NCBI GenBank assembly: GCA_012295275.1
Contig: CM022665.1
Span: 34,410,001 to 34,474,000, forward strand
Reading direction: 5' to 3'
DNA length: 64,000 nt
Origin: Chrysomallon squamiferum
Lineage: Eukaryota; Animalia; Mollusca
The notes beneath the pieces are model-generated. The model was given only the letters and a program-made list of their open reading frames with translations, was not told the DNA's origin and searched no databases. The position numbers were made by a program, and so were the translations under genes. Positions 13,856 through 27,600 of this stretch are shown one piece after another (position 1 is the first letter of the stretch; every line of letters starts with the position of its first letter).

Positions 13856-16800
13856 CTATCCATCTGAAAAAAAAAAAAAGAAAAAAGAAAATGAAATTAA
13901 CATTAAAAATTAATAAATGAAATAAAATAAAAATAAGTTCCTATAATAATTGTTTACTGCAAGTTCTATCTTTTGAATAATTTACTGAAACCTTTCTTTC
14001 CATTAGACTTTTAAAAAAAATAATAAAAAAAAGTTTAAAAAAATATTTTTAAAGATTTGTTTTTGCTTTTTCTTTTTTTGTTATTGTTTAATATTTTAAT
14101 ATATAATTAGTGTATGAATGTATGCATGTATACATGTGTGAATAATAATAAACAAAGAATATTTTTAAAAAGCTGAGGAATAACTGTTGTAAAGTACCAA
14201 AGAATTATCTCCCTTATAAAAATATATTACACTTTAATGAAAGTTTTATTTAACACTACTAAATAGCACAATTTTAGATTACAACATAATTTTTATTATA
14301 AAGACCAGTATGGATTTATATTAACTCACTTGATGACTGTGACATGTTTGTAGGCCATGCTATATTAGCAGCAGTTCTTTTGTAAGCAAACACAACATCT
14401 GCACCTGATGCAATGTATTCTCCTTTGATCATTTGTGGGCACAATCCTTCTGCTAATTGGCATTCTGAAGAAGAAAATAAATATAAGTATTATATTTTCT
14501 AAAAAAAACAAACAAATGTTAACAAATGGTTGAGTAAAATACCAATATATTAGATTACTGCAATGATTTAAAAAAATTTCAAAATAACATTTAATTTAGG
14601 TTAGAGCTGATCTTTCACAATTAAGATTTTTTCCTCACTTGTATTTTGTTTTTAGTAAGGCATTCATTTAAAAATTCAAATTTAATATAAGATTAAGCTG
14701 CTACCAAAACATAAATAAACTTCAGATAAAACTTCAGTTTTATTTAGTTGATAATTGATTGCAAATGAAAATTACACTAAATATTAATATTTTACTTACA
14801 ACACATCAAATAATCAAATGATTTTGAAAATGCAGTTACCTTCTCCATTAACCAGAAGAAACAGACTGTAGTCTTGTGAATTTATGATTTTCAGCTTGTG
14901 AGCAATCATTGTACCTAAACAAAGGAACAAATGCAATTTTTAATATTGTTTTTAACTTGGCAATTTAATGGAGCAAAATAATTCAGTTAAAACTGTAACT
15001 TTAATCACATCAAACTGACATTAAATAATTCTACAAAAAGCTGTTTTACAAAGCTAGTAACCCTTTTCAGCTGGATAATGACCAGTACTAAATCAATATA
15101 TCAGCAGTTTGCACATTCCTTATATAAAATGCCTGGTGCTGGAATTATCATGGATTAAAGAGAATGCTTATGAATGCAATCTGTGTTAAAAAGACAAAAA
15201 TCAAATATATATTTAATTTACCTGCAACTTATATTTCTAGTTCAAAGTTTTATGCATTATTTTTAATAATTTTGTACGTGCAGCCAAATATTCTTTTATG
15301 AGACATCAAAAAGGTAAACTGATTTTTTTGAGTGCAAGAAAAAAGCTTTGGATTTTCAAGTTTAATACAAAGGATGCTTAACCCATATCACACCACATCT
15401 ATTTGTTTATGATCTGCATTTAATTCATATGTAAATTTATTATCATGTTTTAGTACGATAAAAACACCTTACAGACATCTTTTGTTGTCATATTTGGACG
15501 GACAGGAAGTGTTTTCCAAATGATAGTGTCTTTCAGCTCATCAGGGATTGCAATTTTTAAGAAGCCTTGTATATCACCAACTGAAGGAAGTCGACTCTTA
15601 GAAAGCAAAGTACAGTATTTATTTTATTTCAGATTTCTTAAATATGATTTTTATATATAAATTCTACTCAGCATTTAAAAATTTATTTCTGAAGAATGCC
15701 TCATACATAAAATACTTTGAAAGTAAATAATTAATGACAAAAATAATAGTTACTAAGAAACATTATCTTCACACAAATTCAGATATATATATACATAAAC
15801 TCTACATAAACACTTATACAAACACATACAATTATACACACGATACTCCAACAACACCCTCTCTCTCTCTCATCCACATCAATATAAATATATAAGCACA
15901 CAAACACTCCTAGATGGACATATGCACACTTCCCTAAAACCATAATTCACTAACTTTGTGTTGTGAAGCCTTTGTCTGTTGTGTCTCTTGAAAGTGTTTT
16001 AATACTAGTACAGCACTGCTGAGTGTTGTCAGATAGTAGCCACCTTCTCCTGTCAGTAGTGTAGGGTGAAGCAGACCCCACATATAGTCAGCTTCAATCT
16101 CAGCTGACACAATACCACAGTGAACCAGAACATAGATTAACATTGGCAGAAAGTCTGATAATGAAAAATAATAAAAATAATAAAGTTTTAAACATATGTG
16201 TAAATAATTCAAATTCTTATTATGACAAATATATATGTTAAAATACCAGTAAAATTACTCATGTCATATTAAAATTTAATTCAGGTAAAGTAAAATTAGA
16301 CCACTGAAAAACCAAAAAAGCCCACAAAAAACATCACCTGATGTCTTCCTGCTGAAAACGTCCTCAACATAATAAAAGGAATGAAATGAAAATAATACTG
16401 AAATATGTGTTTTTCAAAGAAATTCATCCACTTACTTTAATAGTAAAGAATAAAAAGAAATATAAATTTTCAAGTTACTGATTAAAATTTTTTACATAAA
16501 ACTAAAAATACCATCAGCTCCTAAAGATGCAGGACCTCTGTTTGACATGTGACGTTTCTCTTGTCCCTGGAACAACAAAACAACATTTAGTTTTAAATTA
16601 CTGTATATATTTATATGATCTGATCAGATATGTTACAGTTAACCAAAATTTTCAAAATCAAATATTCATTTATTTGATCTTATGTGATCTACATCTTAGG
16701 ACATATGCATATATTTATAACTTAAACTACAAAGAAATAAAATAATGTGATTCAAGAAAATTAAATTTATGTTAAGTTGTACTCACACATTTGTAAATGA

Positions 16801-19800
16801 TAGCTGTAGCTGCTAGGAGATTTTCTAGTTTTTTCAGCGGTGAGTATGCCCTCTGCATTTTATCCAAATTATGTTTAATGAGCTCCAAGTCAGATCCATG
16901 TGGTGGTGTAACACCTGGCTAAAATCAAACAAATTATTGTGTTCAATCAAATAAATAGTCCTAAAAATATAGAAATGTGAAAGAAACTTTGAAAAATTCT
17001 CAAACTTTTAAATTAAAGTAATATTTTATATTAATTATATAATTTTTTTTTGGTGATTAACAGCATACACAATATTTAGTTGTCTTTATAATATTTTTCT
17101 TTTCCTTCTTTTCTTTTAAAAGATCTGGAATTTGAATAAGAATAAAATAATTATTTTCAAAATAAAACCAAAGATACTTTTGCTGCTAACAACTAATAAT
17201 TAGGAAAATCATTCTAAATTTTTTTATTTAATAATATATATTTGTCCTTGTACATTGAAATCCAACCTTTATTCCAATTTCTTGTGCAGTTTTTGATCGT
17301 GCGTATTTGATATTTCTCGCCATCAAATGCAAGTTGCCATTTCTAAAATAGAAGAACATTAAGCAAAAATATAAATTTCAATGAAAACTACGTTAATTAA
17401 CAGATATTCTGATATTTTCCAGTAAATAAAGGCTTTTTAAAAAGAAAATAATTTGTACACTATGGAGCTTCTAGATTTAACTGCTATATACTTAACATAA
17501 ATTTACTAACTAATTAAAAAGGAGAAACCTCTTTAAAAGAACCTCTTTAATTTCAACACAGTTATTCTTAAAAAGGTATTAAAAGTAATTTTTAATAAAC
17601 AATCTACTAAATTTAATTTTAATACTTTAAAATATTTTCTTTGAATATTAATACAAAATAAAATTGTACTTGACAAACATTTACTTATTATTTGTTGACC
17701 AACTATCTCCTTTATGTGTGTAAAATTGAAATATTAATAATAATAATAACACTTTTTTTTTGGTGAAATTTGGATATTTTTAATTAATTGGGTTTTTTTT
17801 CCAGAGGAAAGTCAATGCTGTATTTAATGTTCTAAAACTCAAAATTCCTCTGGAGAATTTAATTTATTTTAAATAAAGATTTTTTTTCTTCTCTTTTTAA
17901 CTTGCCTGTTATGAGCTTCCACAAAAAGTCTATATATGTGGTGTTTGACAGGGCGTATAACACACACATGTAAAGCTCCTTCAATAAGTGCATCAATATT
18001 GAGAATTTCACTAGCACCAAGCTATAAGAAATAAAACATTGACAGTATCAGAATAAAAGTCAAGCAATATGTATCTCATGGTATAAATTGAAACTGAGGT
18101 TCACTAGGCATATACATCATATTTTATTTGCACAGTAGTTTACTGAAATATTGATGAATAGTCATCTCAGTTATGAGCTTGCTACCAAATATTATGAAAT
18201 GCTGAACTATATATTTTCTATTTAAGTTTGAATTATAGTATATGTTTATTGAGAACAAACTTTTTGCTGATTTTTAATATTTTAAATCTAAGTTGTTAGT
18301 ACCTCTTAAAAAACTTACTTTTTTCCTTTCTCTTTCAATGATGTCTTCTAACTCCCCTTCTCCATGCTTTACCAAATAATTTTTAATTCCTGTCATGAAC
18401 TGTCGAACCTGAAAGAAAGAAATATTACACGTAGAAATATGAATATCAATTTAATTTTTAAGAAAACTAACAACAACAACAACAACAAAATGCTACAAAA
18501 CAAAACCAGAAAACATTATAGAGACAACATAACAATGAAATAACACAAAATACAGAAGAAAACCTCTACTTAAAGTAAACATATTAAAAAACAAGTAGAT
18601 ATGCCAGAAGAGAAAAAATCTCAGTAGAAAAAAAACCCAAGGATAAATAAACAGTGGATATGGAACTGTTTATCATCATAAAGACAGAGAGAAATACTCA
18701 CATTTCTCATAACATTATGTGGATTGGTTTCCTGACTTTCCAAAGTACACTGAATAAAGTTCTCAATTGTGCTGCCAAATGTTGTGCTGTGATCTTGTGA
18801 CAACCTTTAAATAAAGATAACTAGTGGTTGACAGCCTTATCTTGTTCATTAAATAAAAAATGAGATAATAATAAATAAATGAATAAACTGTCAAATACAT
18901 TTTTTTACTGAATTATAAACAATTGAAATTGTTTCTGAATTATAACAATTATCCATTTTCATTTTTTGAAGATATGCTTAATTAATTCCAGGGTAGATAC
19001 ATGTGGTAATATCATATAAAACTGAAATTCAACAAATAATTCAATTTGATCAAATAAATAATACAAACATATAAAATAACAGACAAAATTATTTTTTAAA
19101 CTAGAAAACAATGTAAAAAAAAAACCCAACTATTTAACAATGACTGTCATAAACATGATTAGTTTCAATTCATGTTAACTGTATTTATAATAATAAAGCA
19201 GTCTTACAAATGTTTTACACACAGATTATATTTAAACTAAATATATAAGTTTTTAACCTAAAAATATAGTCCCTGATTTTAGCTCCAGGACTGTTGGTGG
19301 CATGGGGTAATGTTGATGATATTGCTGGAAAAAAAGAAAAAAAGAAGAGAAAAACTAAGATTATCTCTCATTTTTATCAGCCAGCCAGTGATAAAATAAT
19401 TCTATTTTAAATAAAAGTTTAGCCTATGGTTGTAACTGAATTCATTTTCGATTTAATAACTTTTCTTATTTGTAAAATTAACATTTGTTCATTAATTCTA
19501 ACAACAATTCCTAAGTTATAAACATTAGAATTATTTTTAGACTGAATGTGATTAGTTACACTATATCTCTTTTTTAATTGCTTTAGTAGTGCATGTGTGT
19601 GTATCTGTATGTATTGTTTTAAAGATACTAACACACAATAGGCCTCATTCTGTCTTTTAACTCAGCATTCATTATCAAACTCGATTCATCACAAAATACT
19701 GCTCCTTCCAACTCTTCACTTTCATGTTGTTGCAGATCAGTTCTGTTGTCCAAGCAGTTTAGATCTGTTGTACAGTCAGGAACACTGCACTGACTATTAT

Positions 19801-22800
19801 GAGATGTACCATTTGAATGAAAATCTTGAATCTGCTGAGAAATTCTATTAATTAATTGAGTGTTTGGTCTGGAATGATAAATGGACGAGTCTTCATTATG
19901 ATTAAGACTATGAAAATCTTGAGCACCATCTGAATCATCTGCAACAAGAGAATTTCTAACAGCCTCTCCATCAAGTTCTGAATGGAGAGACATACAGTCT
20001 TGTTGTTCAATTTTTGCAGTCTTCCACATCTGTACTCGGTCATTAGCACTCATGTCTGCTTGCAGTTCTGTTTGTTCTGGAGGAAGGAGTTTTGCCCATG
20101 GCTGGTGATCCCATGGTTTGCAAAATACTGTTCCAGCACTGCTGGCAGCAGAGGGTGGAGCATAGAGGTTTAGAAGATTGTCATACTCTGAAACACGCTT
20201 CACATTTGACAATGTCAATGGGATAATTGGTCTAATGGTCAGATCTGGAAGAGCACACGATATCATGTCTTGTACAGTAGAAGACTCAGAGAAGCAAGAT
20301 GTCCGGTTTCCAGCTGAGTCTGTTGGAAGTTTTTTTTTGTAAACTGGAAACTTATTTAATGTTGGGCTTTGAACATTTTCACCGTTCTTCTCCAGATCTT
20401 CCAGAGAAAACAAAACATCATCTAATTTATTTATTTCTTGTAAATTTAAATCTTGAACTATTTTATGGTGACTGCTATGCTCACTTCTTTGATTCTGAGA
20501 ATCAACCAACTTAAGTTTTGAAAACTTTTCTCGCCAACTATTTTGTCGAGTGATTTTTGCTTTTTTCTCACTTGCTACTTTCAAACTTTGACTTCTCTGC
20601 AGATTTTTTTTCTGTGCAGAAGATTCAGCTAATGAAGGACGATTTTCAAGTCTTTCTGATGCAAATGAGAATACTTTATTATGTTCATTTTCTGACATGT
20701 GTTCCTGTTCATCTCTAGGTGAAAATATAGTATCCAGTGTTGTTTTTTGTGAAACTCTGAACTCTGTTTTTTGAAACTTTTGACTATTCCATTCTTCTGG
20801 AAGATTAGAAGGGGCCGATGGTGCAGAACATCTTCTGATCCTCACACTAATGGACTGACCTTTAGATCCTTTAAGATGAACAGCATCAGCTGGTTCTGCA
20901 TATACTGGAGATGCTGTTGTTGACAATGAAGACGTCGAAGAAGATTTAATTCGTGACAATCTTGGCAGTGGTGGTGGTTTAGTTTTGGGAGCAGAGTTTA
21001 AATTTTGGGAAAGTGGACTTGAATTGGAATAAACTCTTACTGGATTGATTTCCACTGTTGAAGTATGTTCGTGGCTTTGTAATATCCTGTTTTCACTGGA
21101 GGTTGTCACTGAAGTTGTGCTCAAGTCTTTTTGAGCTTCTGCTTTCTCCACAAGTACTCTACTACCTTCTCTTTGTTCTGTCTCTTTAACCATATTTTGT
21201 TTTTCGTCACTTTGTGCTCTCACTGTTCCCATGGCTATTGCTTTGTGAATATTGCATTTTGGAAGATTTTCCTCTTCTAGAGGAAAAAGAGATGAATGTC
21301 TTATGTCATTATGTACAGTTGGAACAAATGGCCCAGGACTGTTAGTTGTCTGGGTTGACATATTGCACTTGATGTTATTAATATTATTGCTCTCATTTTC
21401 ACTCAAATTATTTTTCCAAATGTCCTCATAGTCACTCATTTTGTCAGAGAGATCACTTCGAAAGTAACTCTGGTCTGGGATATGCAACCAGTCCAATGAT
21501 GTGGTGAAATGAAGTGAAGATTTGCCTCTTTCAGATACTCTAGGATGAGTCTGAGATCTTAAATCAACTTGTTGTTTGTACCCTTTTAATGTGTGTTGTG
21601 AACAACTTTCTCTATTGCCTTCAGATTGCTGCTGATCTCCATTTAAATGAACTGTGGGTATAACATGTCTCTTCTGATCAACTTCATCAAAGTTATGAGA
21701 AACAATGTTAGCATTATCACTCTGAATGACTTTAATTTGAGCTGCTTTTCTCTGATATCGCTGAGGAGAATCCTGTGCAGGTTGTTGAAGAGGGTTTTTG
21801 TTTTTCAAAAACTTAGAAAAATCACCAACAGAATGAGAAATGACAGTATTGACTGTTTCAAGAGGAGGATGTTTGTCATGAGATGGAACTGTTATGTTTA
21901 TTGGTTCGCTAGATGATTTATGTAAAGGAGATGCACAAGGCAGATTATCTGAATTAGCACTCTGTGATATTTTGGATAGCCAGAAATCTGCAATAAGAAA
22001 ATAAAAAATTACAAATAACAATTCAACTAATAAATCCATTTTTACTCCTCACTGGCTTTTTGGTCAAACAAAATAATTTCTGTAGATGGAAAATTTAAAT
22101 GACTCTCTTTTTCTTTTAAAGCTATAATAATTCAAATATAAATAACTTACCTTGTCCCAGCATATCAAGAGCAGACAATTCTTGAGCAGACTTTGCCTGT
22201 AAAATAGCTGCTGGCAACAGCAACAGACTAGGCAACTCATCTCTGAAATATAATCATACATAAATCCATTTTATAAAAAAAATATAATTAAAATAAATAC
22301 AACAAGAAACAATTTACTGGGATATATTCATATTTTGCTTGTTTAAAGATGTTCATTATTCACAAAATAATTGATGCCTTAGGCATATCAGATATCGATT
22401 ATCACATCTGGATTTTAATTTTATTGTATAGTTGTTCAAATTTTTTTTCTTTTGAACTGTGTCTGAATGTCAGATATATAAATTTGATTGATAGCTACTT
22501 ATTAAGTACTTATAAGTAATATTTTAAAAAATATATTCTGAAACTAATCAGGCTTATACATGTTACAGAAACTGTTTAATAGGGTGCCTGATTTTACCTG
22601 CAGATTCATTTTGTAGCCTTTAAAAAAATGTGCACCTTAAATTGTGTTTACAAAAAATTCATTAAAACATAAAATAAAAGTAAAAATTTAAAAAGAAAAT
22701 AATACTAAACAAACAAAAAATATTTATTTAGATTTCACCAGTGGCTTGCTTTAGGTATCTGAAATTAGCAGCTTTATAATTTTTTTATTTTTTTTTAAAA

Positions 22801-24631
22801 GCTTCCTTATCAGATCCAGAAAATATTTTACAACACATTGTTAGTATACGTACAAGGTGTGACTGAATTTTAACTGACATAAGCAAAAAACATTCATATT
22901 GCTAAAATTAACAATTATACTTAATGATTTTTCACTGTTTGAAAAAAAGTAACAACCCCACTCACTTGTGTAAAACATAATATTCAATGAGATAAGGTAT
23001 GGATGTAAAAACATGATTGGAACCCTGTAACGTTATGCCATACTCTGTGTTCTCAATAAGGTAATGGTCGACAGTAGATTTGTCTGCATGATGATGCTGA
23101 ACAGATAAAGCCAGAGAATCCTTCTGACTTGATTTACGTACAATGAAAGTCTGAAACAAAACTATGTACATTAAACAAAACAAAGATAATTAAATATTTT
23201 TAAACAATATTATCCTAAAAACAATATTTAAATAAAAAATGTTATAATTAACCAGCCTTGAGCTTAAACCTAAAAAACATGAGACATATTGCAAGCATGG
23301 ACTAGTTTATTGACACATTTCATAAAAAGGAAAAGTGTTGATGTCACTAAAAAGAAACTCCAACTGCTTGTGATTACATTAAATTAACCAAAACATTTAA
23401 AATAATTTATATAAACATGATATTATTATTATTATAAAAATATTTGTGTAAAAACATTTTCATTATTCTGCTAATTTCATACCCCAGTCTCTCTGTCCTT
23501 GAGAATATGAACGGCACCAGTCCGACCAATTTCTGGCAGTAGCCAAATTGAATGAGTCTTAGATATTCTTTCTAATAGGGTAATTGGACGGAGATCAGAG
23601 TCACTACTTTCAGGTGAGCTTCTGTGCTTTTGGTGAAGCTGGTAAAAGTAAAACACAGTGATTAAAAGCTTTATTCACTAGATTCACTACACAAACAGCT
23701 GGATAAAACAAAACAAATTCACCAAAAAAACAAATAATAAAAAATAAAAAATAATATTCTTTTAATTTTTTATTTTATTCTTGTTGTTTATTTTAAGTCA
23801 AAGGAGGAATAAAAATAAAAACATAACTAAAAAAGAAAATATGATTTAATCCTCTAATATGTTACCTTTGAGCAACAATATGTTTTGTTCTTTTTACATA
23901 GAGACGACAATATCTAAGGAATTAGGTTTATCTTCTTATCATAAAAAATTGCACTTTCAAATACATTTTGTTAAATACTGTAACAACTTACTAATCACAC
24001 TGGAAAATATAATTACTTCATTTAGACAAAGGTGTACTGAATTTACCTTTGTAATGTCTTCCACATGATAAAGGGAAGTCTCAGGTGAGAGACTGTCATG
24101 TGTTCGTTCTTCATGGCCACTGTCTGATGTCAAAGTCTGGTCACTGCTGCTTTCACTCTCAATACTTGACTTGCTATTTCTGTAATTTACACACACATAC
24201 AAAACAATAATGATGAAATAAATAAAGAAAGAAATAAAAAAATAAAGTGAAGTAAACTAAAGTAACACAAAAACAAAACAAAACAAAACAAAGAAATATA
24301 AATGTAAATTAAGTTAAATTAAATTAAACATATAAAATAAAATAAAATAAAATAAAATAAAATAAGAAGAATCAAAAACATAAAATAAATAAAGAAAAAA
24401 AGAAATACAAAAAGAAGACAAGCTCTGAATACTCAGTAATTTAAACAATTCATACATTTACCCTAAACTACTTTTCTTTTTGTTTTTATTAACACTGCTT
24501 TTGGTTAATTGTTCTGAATCTTGGGAATCCTTCAAGTTGGGCTTCATGGATGAGGCTATCCCAGGGTAGGGATACAGCTGGCACAAGTCAGTCAGGAGTA
24601 GGTCTAAGTCATTGGCAATATTACTGAGCAA
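13856..24631 (-). CDS. Ras and Rab interactor (RIN1/2/3, Drosophila sprint-like) Rab5 GEF with SH2, VPS9 and RA domains; at least 1423 aa plus an N-terminal exon upstream
   Basis: 18 phase-consistent exons: 24631-24462, 24179-24047, 23638-23483, 23150-22966, 22242-22151, 21987-19633, 19324-19258, 18804-18702, 18408-18319, 18021-17906, 17342-17267, 16918-16787, 16566-16512, 16154-15955, 15596-15473, 14914-14840, 14464-14330, 13863-13856. SH2 (LLERISKTHSIWL...GTFIVRKS), VPS9 (YSPLKKL...LGADDFLPMLIYVL...GEGGYYLTTL), RA (KTLPVRPNMTTKDVC...DYSLFLLVNGEE). Confidence 0.93.
14330..14464 (-). CDS. RIN exon, end of RA
   Basis: CQLAEGLCPQMIK...FAYKRTAANIAWP; either splices at A|gtgagt or reads through to TAA at 14316. 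Confidence 0.9.
14840..14914 (-). CDS. RIN exon, RA
   Basis: MIAHKLKIINSQDYSLFLLVNGE. Confidence 0.92.
15473..15596 (-). CDS. RIN exon, start of RA
   Basis: QGFLKIAIPDE...KTLPVRPNMTTKDV. Confidence 0.92.
15955..16154 (-). CDS. RIN exon, VPS9 core
   Basis: DFLPMLIYVL...GEGGYYLTTLSSA. Confidence 0.94.
16512..16566 (-). CDS. RIN exon supplying LGAD of the VPS9 catalytic motif
   Basis: GQEKRHMSNRGPASLGAD; ccag|...G|gtattt. Confidence 0.9.
16787..16918 (-). CDS. RIN exon, start of VPS9
   Basis: MQRAYSPLKKLENLL; TGT|gtgagt. Confidence 0.92.
17267..17342 (-). CDS. RIN exon
   Basis: NGNLHLMARNIKYARSKTAQEIGIK. Confidence 0.9.
17906..18021 (-). CDS. RIN exon ending at a GC donor
   Basis: LNIDALIEGALHVCVIRPVKHHIY; AG|gcaagt. 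Confidence 0.88.
18319..18408 (-). CDS. RIN exon
   Basis: VRQFMTGIKNYLVKHGEGEL...; AAA|gtaagt. Confidence 0.92.
18702..18804 (-). CDS. RIN exon (RIN-homology region)
   Basis: LSQDHSTTFGSTIENFIQCT...; AAT|gtgagt. Confidence 0.92.
19258..19324 (-). CDS. RIN exon
   Basis: ISSTLPHATNSPGAKIRDYIF; ccag|...AG|gttaaa. Confidence 0.85.
19633..21987 (-). CDS. RIN large exon (2355 nt), low-complexity Pro/Ser-rich linker
   Basis: Lies inside the 803-aa ORF; ttgcag|AT TTC TGG ... GTG T|gttagt. Confidence 0.9.
22151..22242 (-). CDS. RIN exon, end of SH2 (DELPSLLLLP...LGQ)
   Basis: ttcag|...G|gtaagt; continues as D-F-W, typical of the RIN family. Confidence 0.92.
22966..23150 (-). CDS. RIN exon, SH2 core
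   Basis: TFIVRKS...FTSIPYLIEYY; AA|gtgagt. Confidence 0.93.
23483..23638 (-). CDS. RIN exon, start of SH2
   Basis: LLERISKTHSIWLLPEIGRTGAVHIL; ccag|...GGG|gtatg. Confidence 0.92.
24047..24179 (-). CDS. RIN exon, Ser/acidic-rich
   Basis: acag|A AAT...AAG|gtaaat. Confidence 0.82.
24462..24631 (-). CDS. RIN exon (LLSNIANDLDLLLTDL...)
   Basis: ttcag| phase 0; ends GG|gtaaat. Confidence 0.8.
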
Positions 24632-27600
24632 CTGAAAAAGTAAAAGAGTGAAATATATAAATATCAAAAGAATGTTCAGAAGAATGTCTATTTACATATA
24701 AATATTTAAATAATATCCAGAACATCTCCAAATCTATTACATGCATTTTTCATAAACTGTGTCATACAAATAGCTTATTTTATAGCATATCACAACTTTA
24801 ATGAATCATGTTTAATTATGGATGAGGCAGCCGCCAGGCAAATGATTTAATGCATATGCATATATTTATTTTTTTCATGCTGCTGAGAAAATTATGCCAT
24901 ATAACAAAAAAAAAAAAAAAAAAAATGTTCTGTCTTATTTTCCAAAATCATTCAGTATTATCTATTTGTATTTACAAAGGAATTGTTAAATTGTTATTAT
25001 GTTTTCAAAAGAAGGAATGCATACAAATCTTATATTGGTATACTGTAAATAATTATAATATATATATAAGAAGAAGTCAGTTTATCACAGAAATATTCAA
25101 TAATGTCATCTTTTATAACAGTTGTTAAGAACATTTGCAAAAATATAAATTAGAAAATAACATCAGTCATATGTATTAATTTAACAACTACACATTTGTA
25201 TCTGTACCTGGCAGTAAAAATGATGTATAATTGACAACTTTATCAATATACAAAATGTTTATACTAAATGATAGAAGATTATAAAATGCCTTAAACTAAA
25301 TCAAAACAACAAATAAATAAGTGATAAAATAAATAAATGGTAAAATAAATAATAATGATAAACAAAAAATCCAAACCTGACAAACACACTATAATAAAAA
25401 AGTACCTCAAACATTTCATACTAACAGCCTCAAACAAAATATACCTTAAGATTCTAAAATAATAATAAAGGAGGATATTGTGAAGAATCTTTAAATGACT
25501 GTGACAGTGGTTATGTCTAAGTAAAATCAAGTTACATTCTTTCAGCATACTTCTTTTTCTTCTTCTTTTAAAAAAAGAAACAAAAAACAAAAATCTCCAG
25601 TTAAAGGTTTTTTAATATTTTGTGTAGGTATGTGTAATCTATATCAGAACTGTGTTAACAAATACATGTAATTAATATAAATGGGCAATCCATGTTACTG
25701 TTGACAAACATTATTTCTTATACTATTTTTATAATTTAAAACAAAAGAAAAAAAAAGGCATATTTTATATCTAATGCTTCATAAAACAGGGACAAGGAAC
25801 ATGATTTGGTTAATCCTATCAATTTATGTTTATTATCTGCAATAGAATCCTTACTTTATTGCAGAATTGTGTGCTCTGCACTAAAAAGAGGAGTTTCATT
25901 CACTGAACAGCATGTATGGTAATTCTAAACATACTATCCTGCTGGCTTTCCAGTCTAAATAAGTACACATCTAATCTGCAGCTGAAATAGAATGATGCTA
26001 TTTAACAATAGGTGAGATGCAAATCCCACCTGTCAAATGTAGTTTCTGCATAACAAAACTAGAACAAAACACAGCTGCATCTGCTATCTGCATACATGCA
26101 CACATCTTGAACATCTCTTAGCTGTGTCATGCAAGTTGAAAAAGAAGTTGTAAACCAGTGTTACTTAAGATAGTAATGGCTTTATTCTTGTTTTATTAAT
26201 ATGTGTGTGTAATAATAATAATAAAAATAATAATAATAATAGTAACAATAAGGAAACAAAAATAAACAAAAATGTAAATTAATTAAAAATTTAGCCTAAC
26301 ATGCACATTCATAAATTTGTTTTATGGATTTTAAAATTTTAAAAAAATTAATAAATAAAATAAAATTTTAAAATTTTAAAAAAAGAAATAAGAAAAGCAA
26401 TACATTATCATTTAATAATAAATAAATAAATAAATAAATAAAAATAAAAAAATAAAAAAGTAAGAAAGAAAGAAAAAAAAAGAATGGAAAAGAAAGATAA
26501 TTTTGCTTAAAAATTTAGTGCAAGTTTATACTGTTTATAAAAATAACTGATGATGTTTACATTGCAAAAATTATTATGTAGTGAAGTACTGAACAGTGAT
26601 GACAAGCAGTAAACAGTGTAAGCAGCAAAATAAACATGAATGATCAGTGAATGATGTGATAAGATGTTTACAATGGCTCTGATTACTAATGTGTATAATC
26701 AGGGTGGTATAGCAAAGTCAACATTTAACTTACTCAGCTGTTACCAACATAATTAAACAAAAATAAAGAAGTAGCTAGCTGCAGTTTATAGAAGAAAAAG
26801 GAAGCAAATAAGAAGGAAAAAGGTAAAAATATCAAAGGTTCTTTTAAGTACTGTTTATTAATAAAATGATTCTTTTATGTGTTCTTCACCTACAAATTAA
26901 ATTTCATGTGGTACAAATATTTTGTTTAAGCCTCTTGTTAAAATTAAAAAGTTCTTTCTTGAGCATTTTTTCTAAATAATGGAAACAAATATATCTGATC
27001 ACAAATAATTTTAAATATACTTGTCAGCTTGTAGCCAGACAGATACATTTGTTCTCACTGTGGTATTCATTTCATTATTGTCTAAACAGCTCACTGCTAC
27101 TCCTGGGAGGCACTGCCAATGTTAGTTATTCTGATAATAAATAGACATGCATGTGTTAACAAATGTCAGAAGGCATCAAGATGCCTACACACTTGAGGCA
27201 GCATTCAAAATTTCTGAGTGATTTTTGAATGGGAAAACCTTAAAAATTTCAACTTCAAAGATATGCAACAACATCACTGAGTGGTAAAATACTCTCCTTG
27301 ATTTGTTAGGTAAACTTTACATATAAACTCTTAAGTCAAGGTACCACTGTATATATTATGTATGCGTGTGTGTGTGTGTGTTCTCAGTTGGAAAAGTACA
27401 TTATTTGCACACATCAAAATTAAATGAAATAAACAATATCTCATTACACTATACTAGTAATGATCAATAAGGTATCAGTAACACTTTTCCATCTTGAAAA
27501 ATAATATAATAAAGAAGACCTCATAACAGCAAGGAATCTTTTATATATACGCACCTTCCCACAATAAAGGAAAGTACACCTCATATGAATCAGTTTAGCA

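Noticed and set aside
16337-16352. Possible tiny exon (ttttcag CAGGAAGACATCAG gtgatg)
   Set aside because: Would shift the frame and interrupt the GAD-D VPS9 catalytic motif
19852-21916. Short ORFs in other frames or on the opposite strand within the large RIN exon
   Set aside because: Shadow ORFs of the real coding exon
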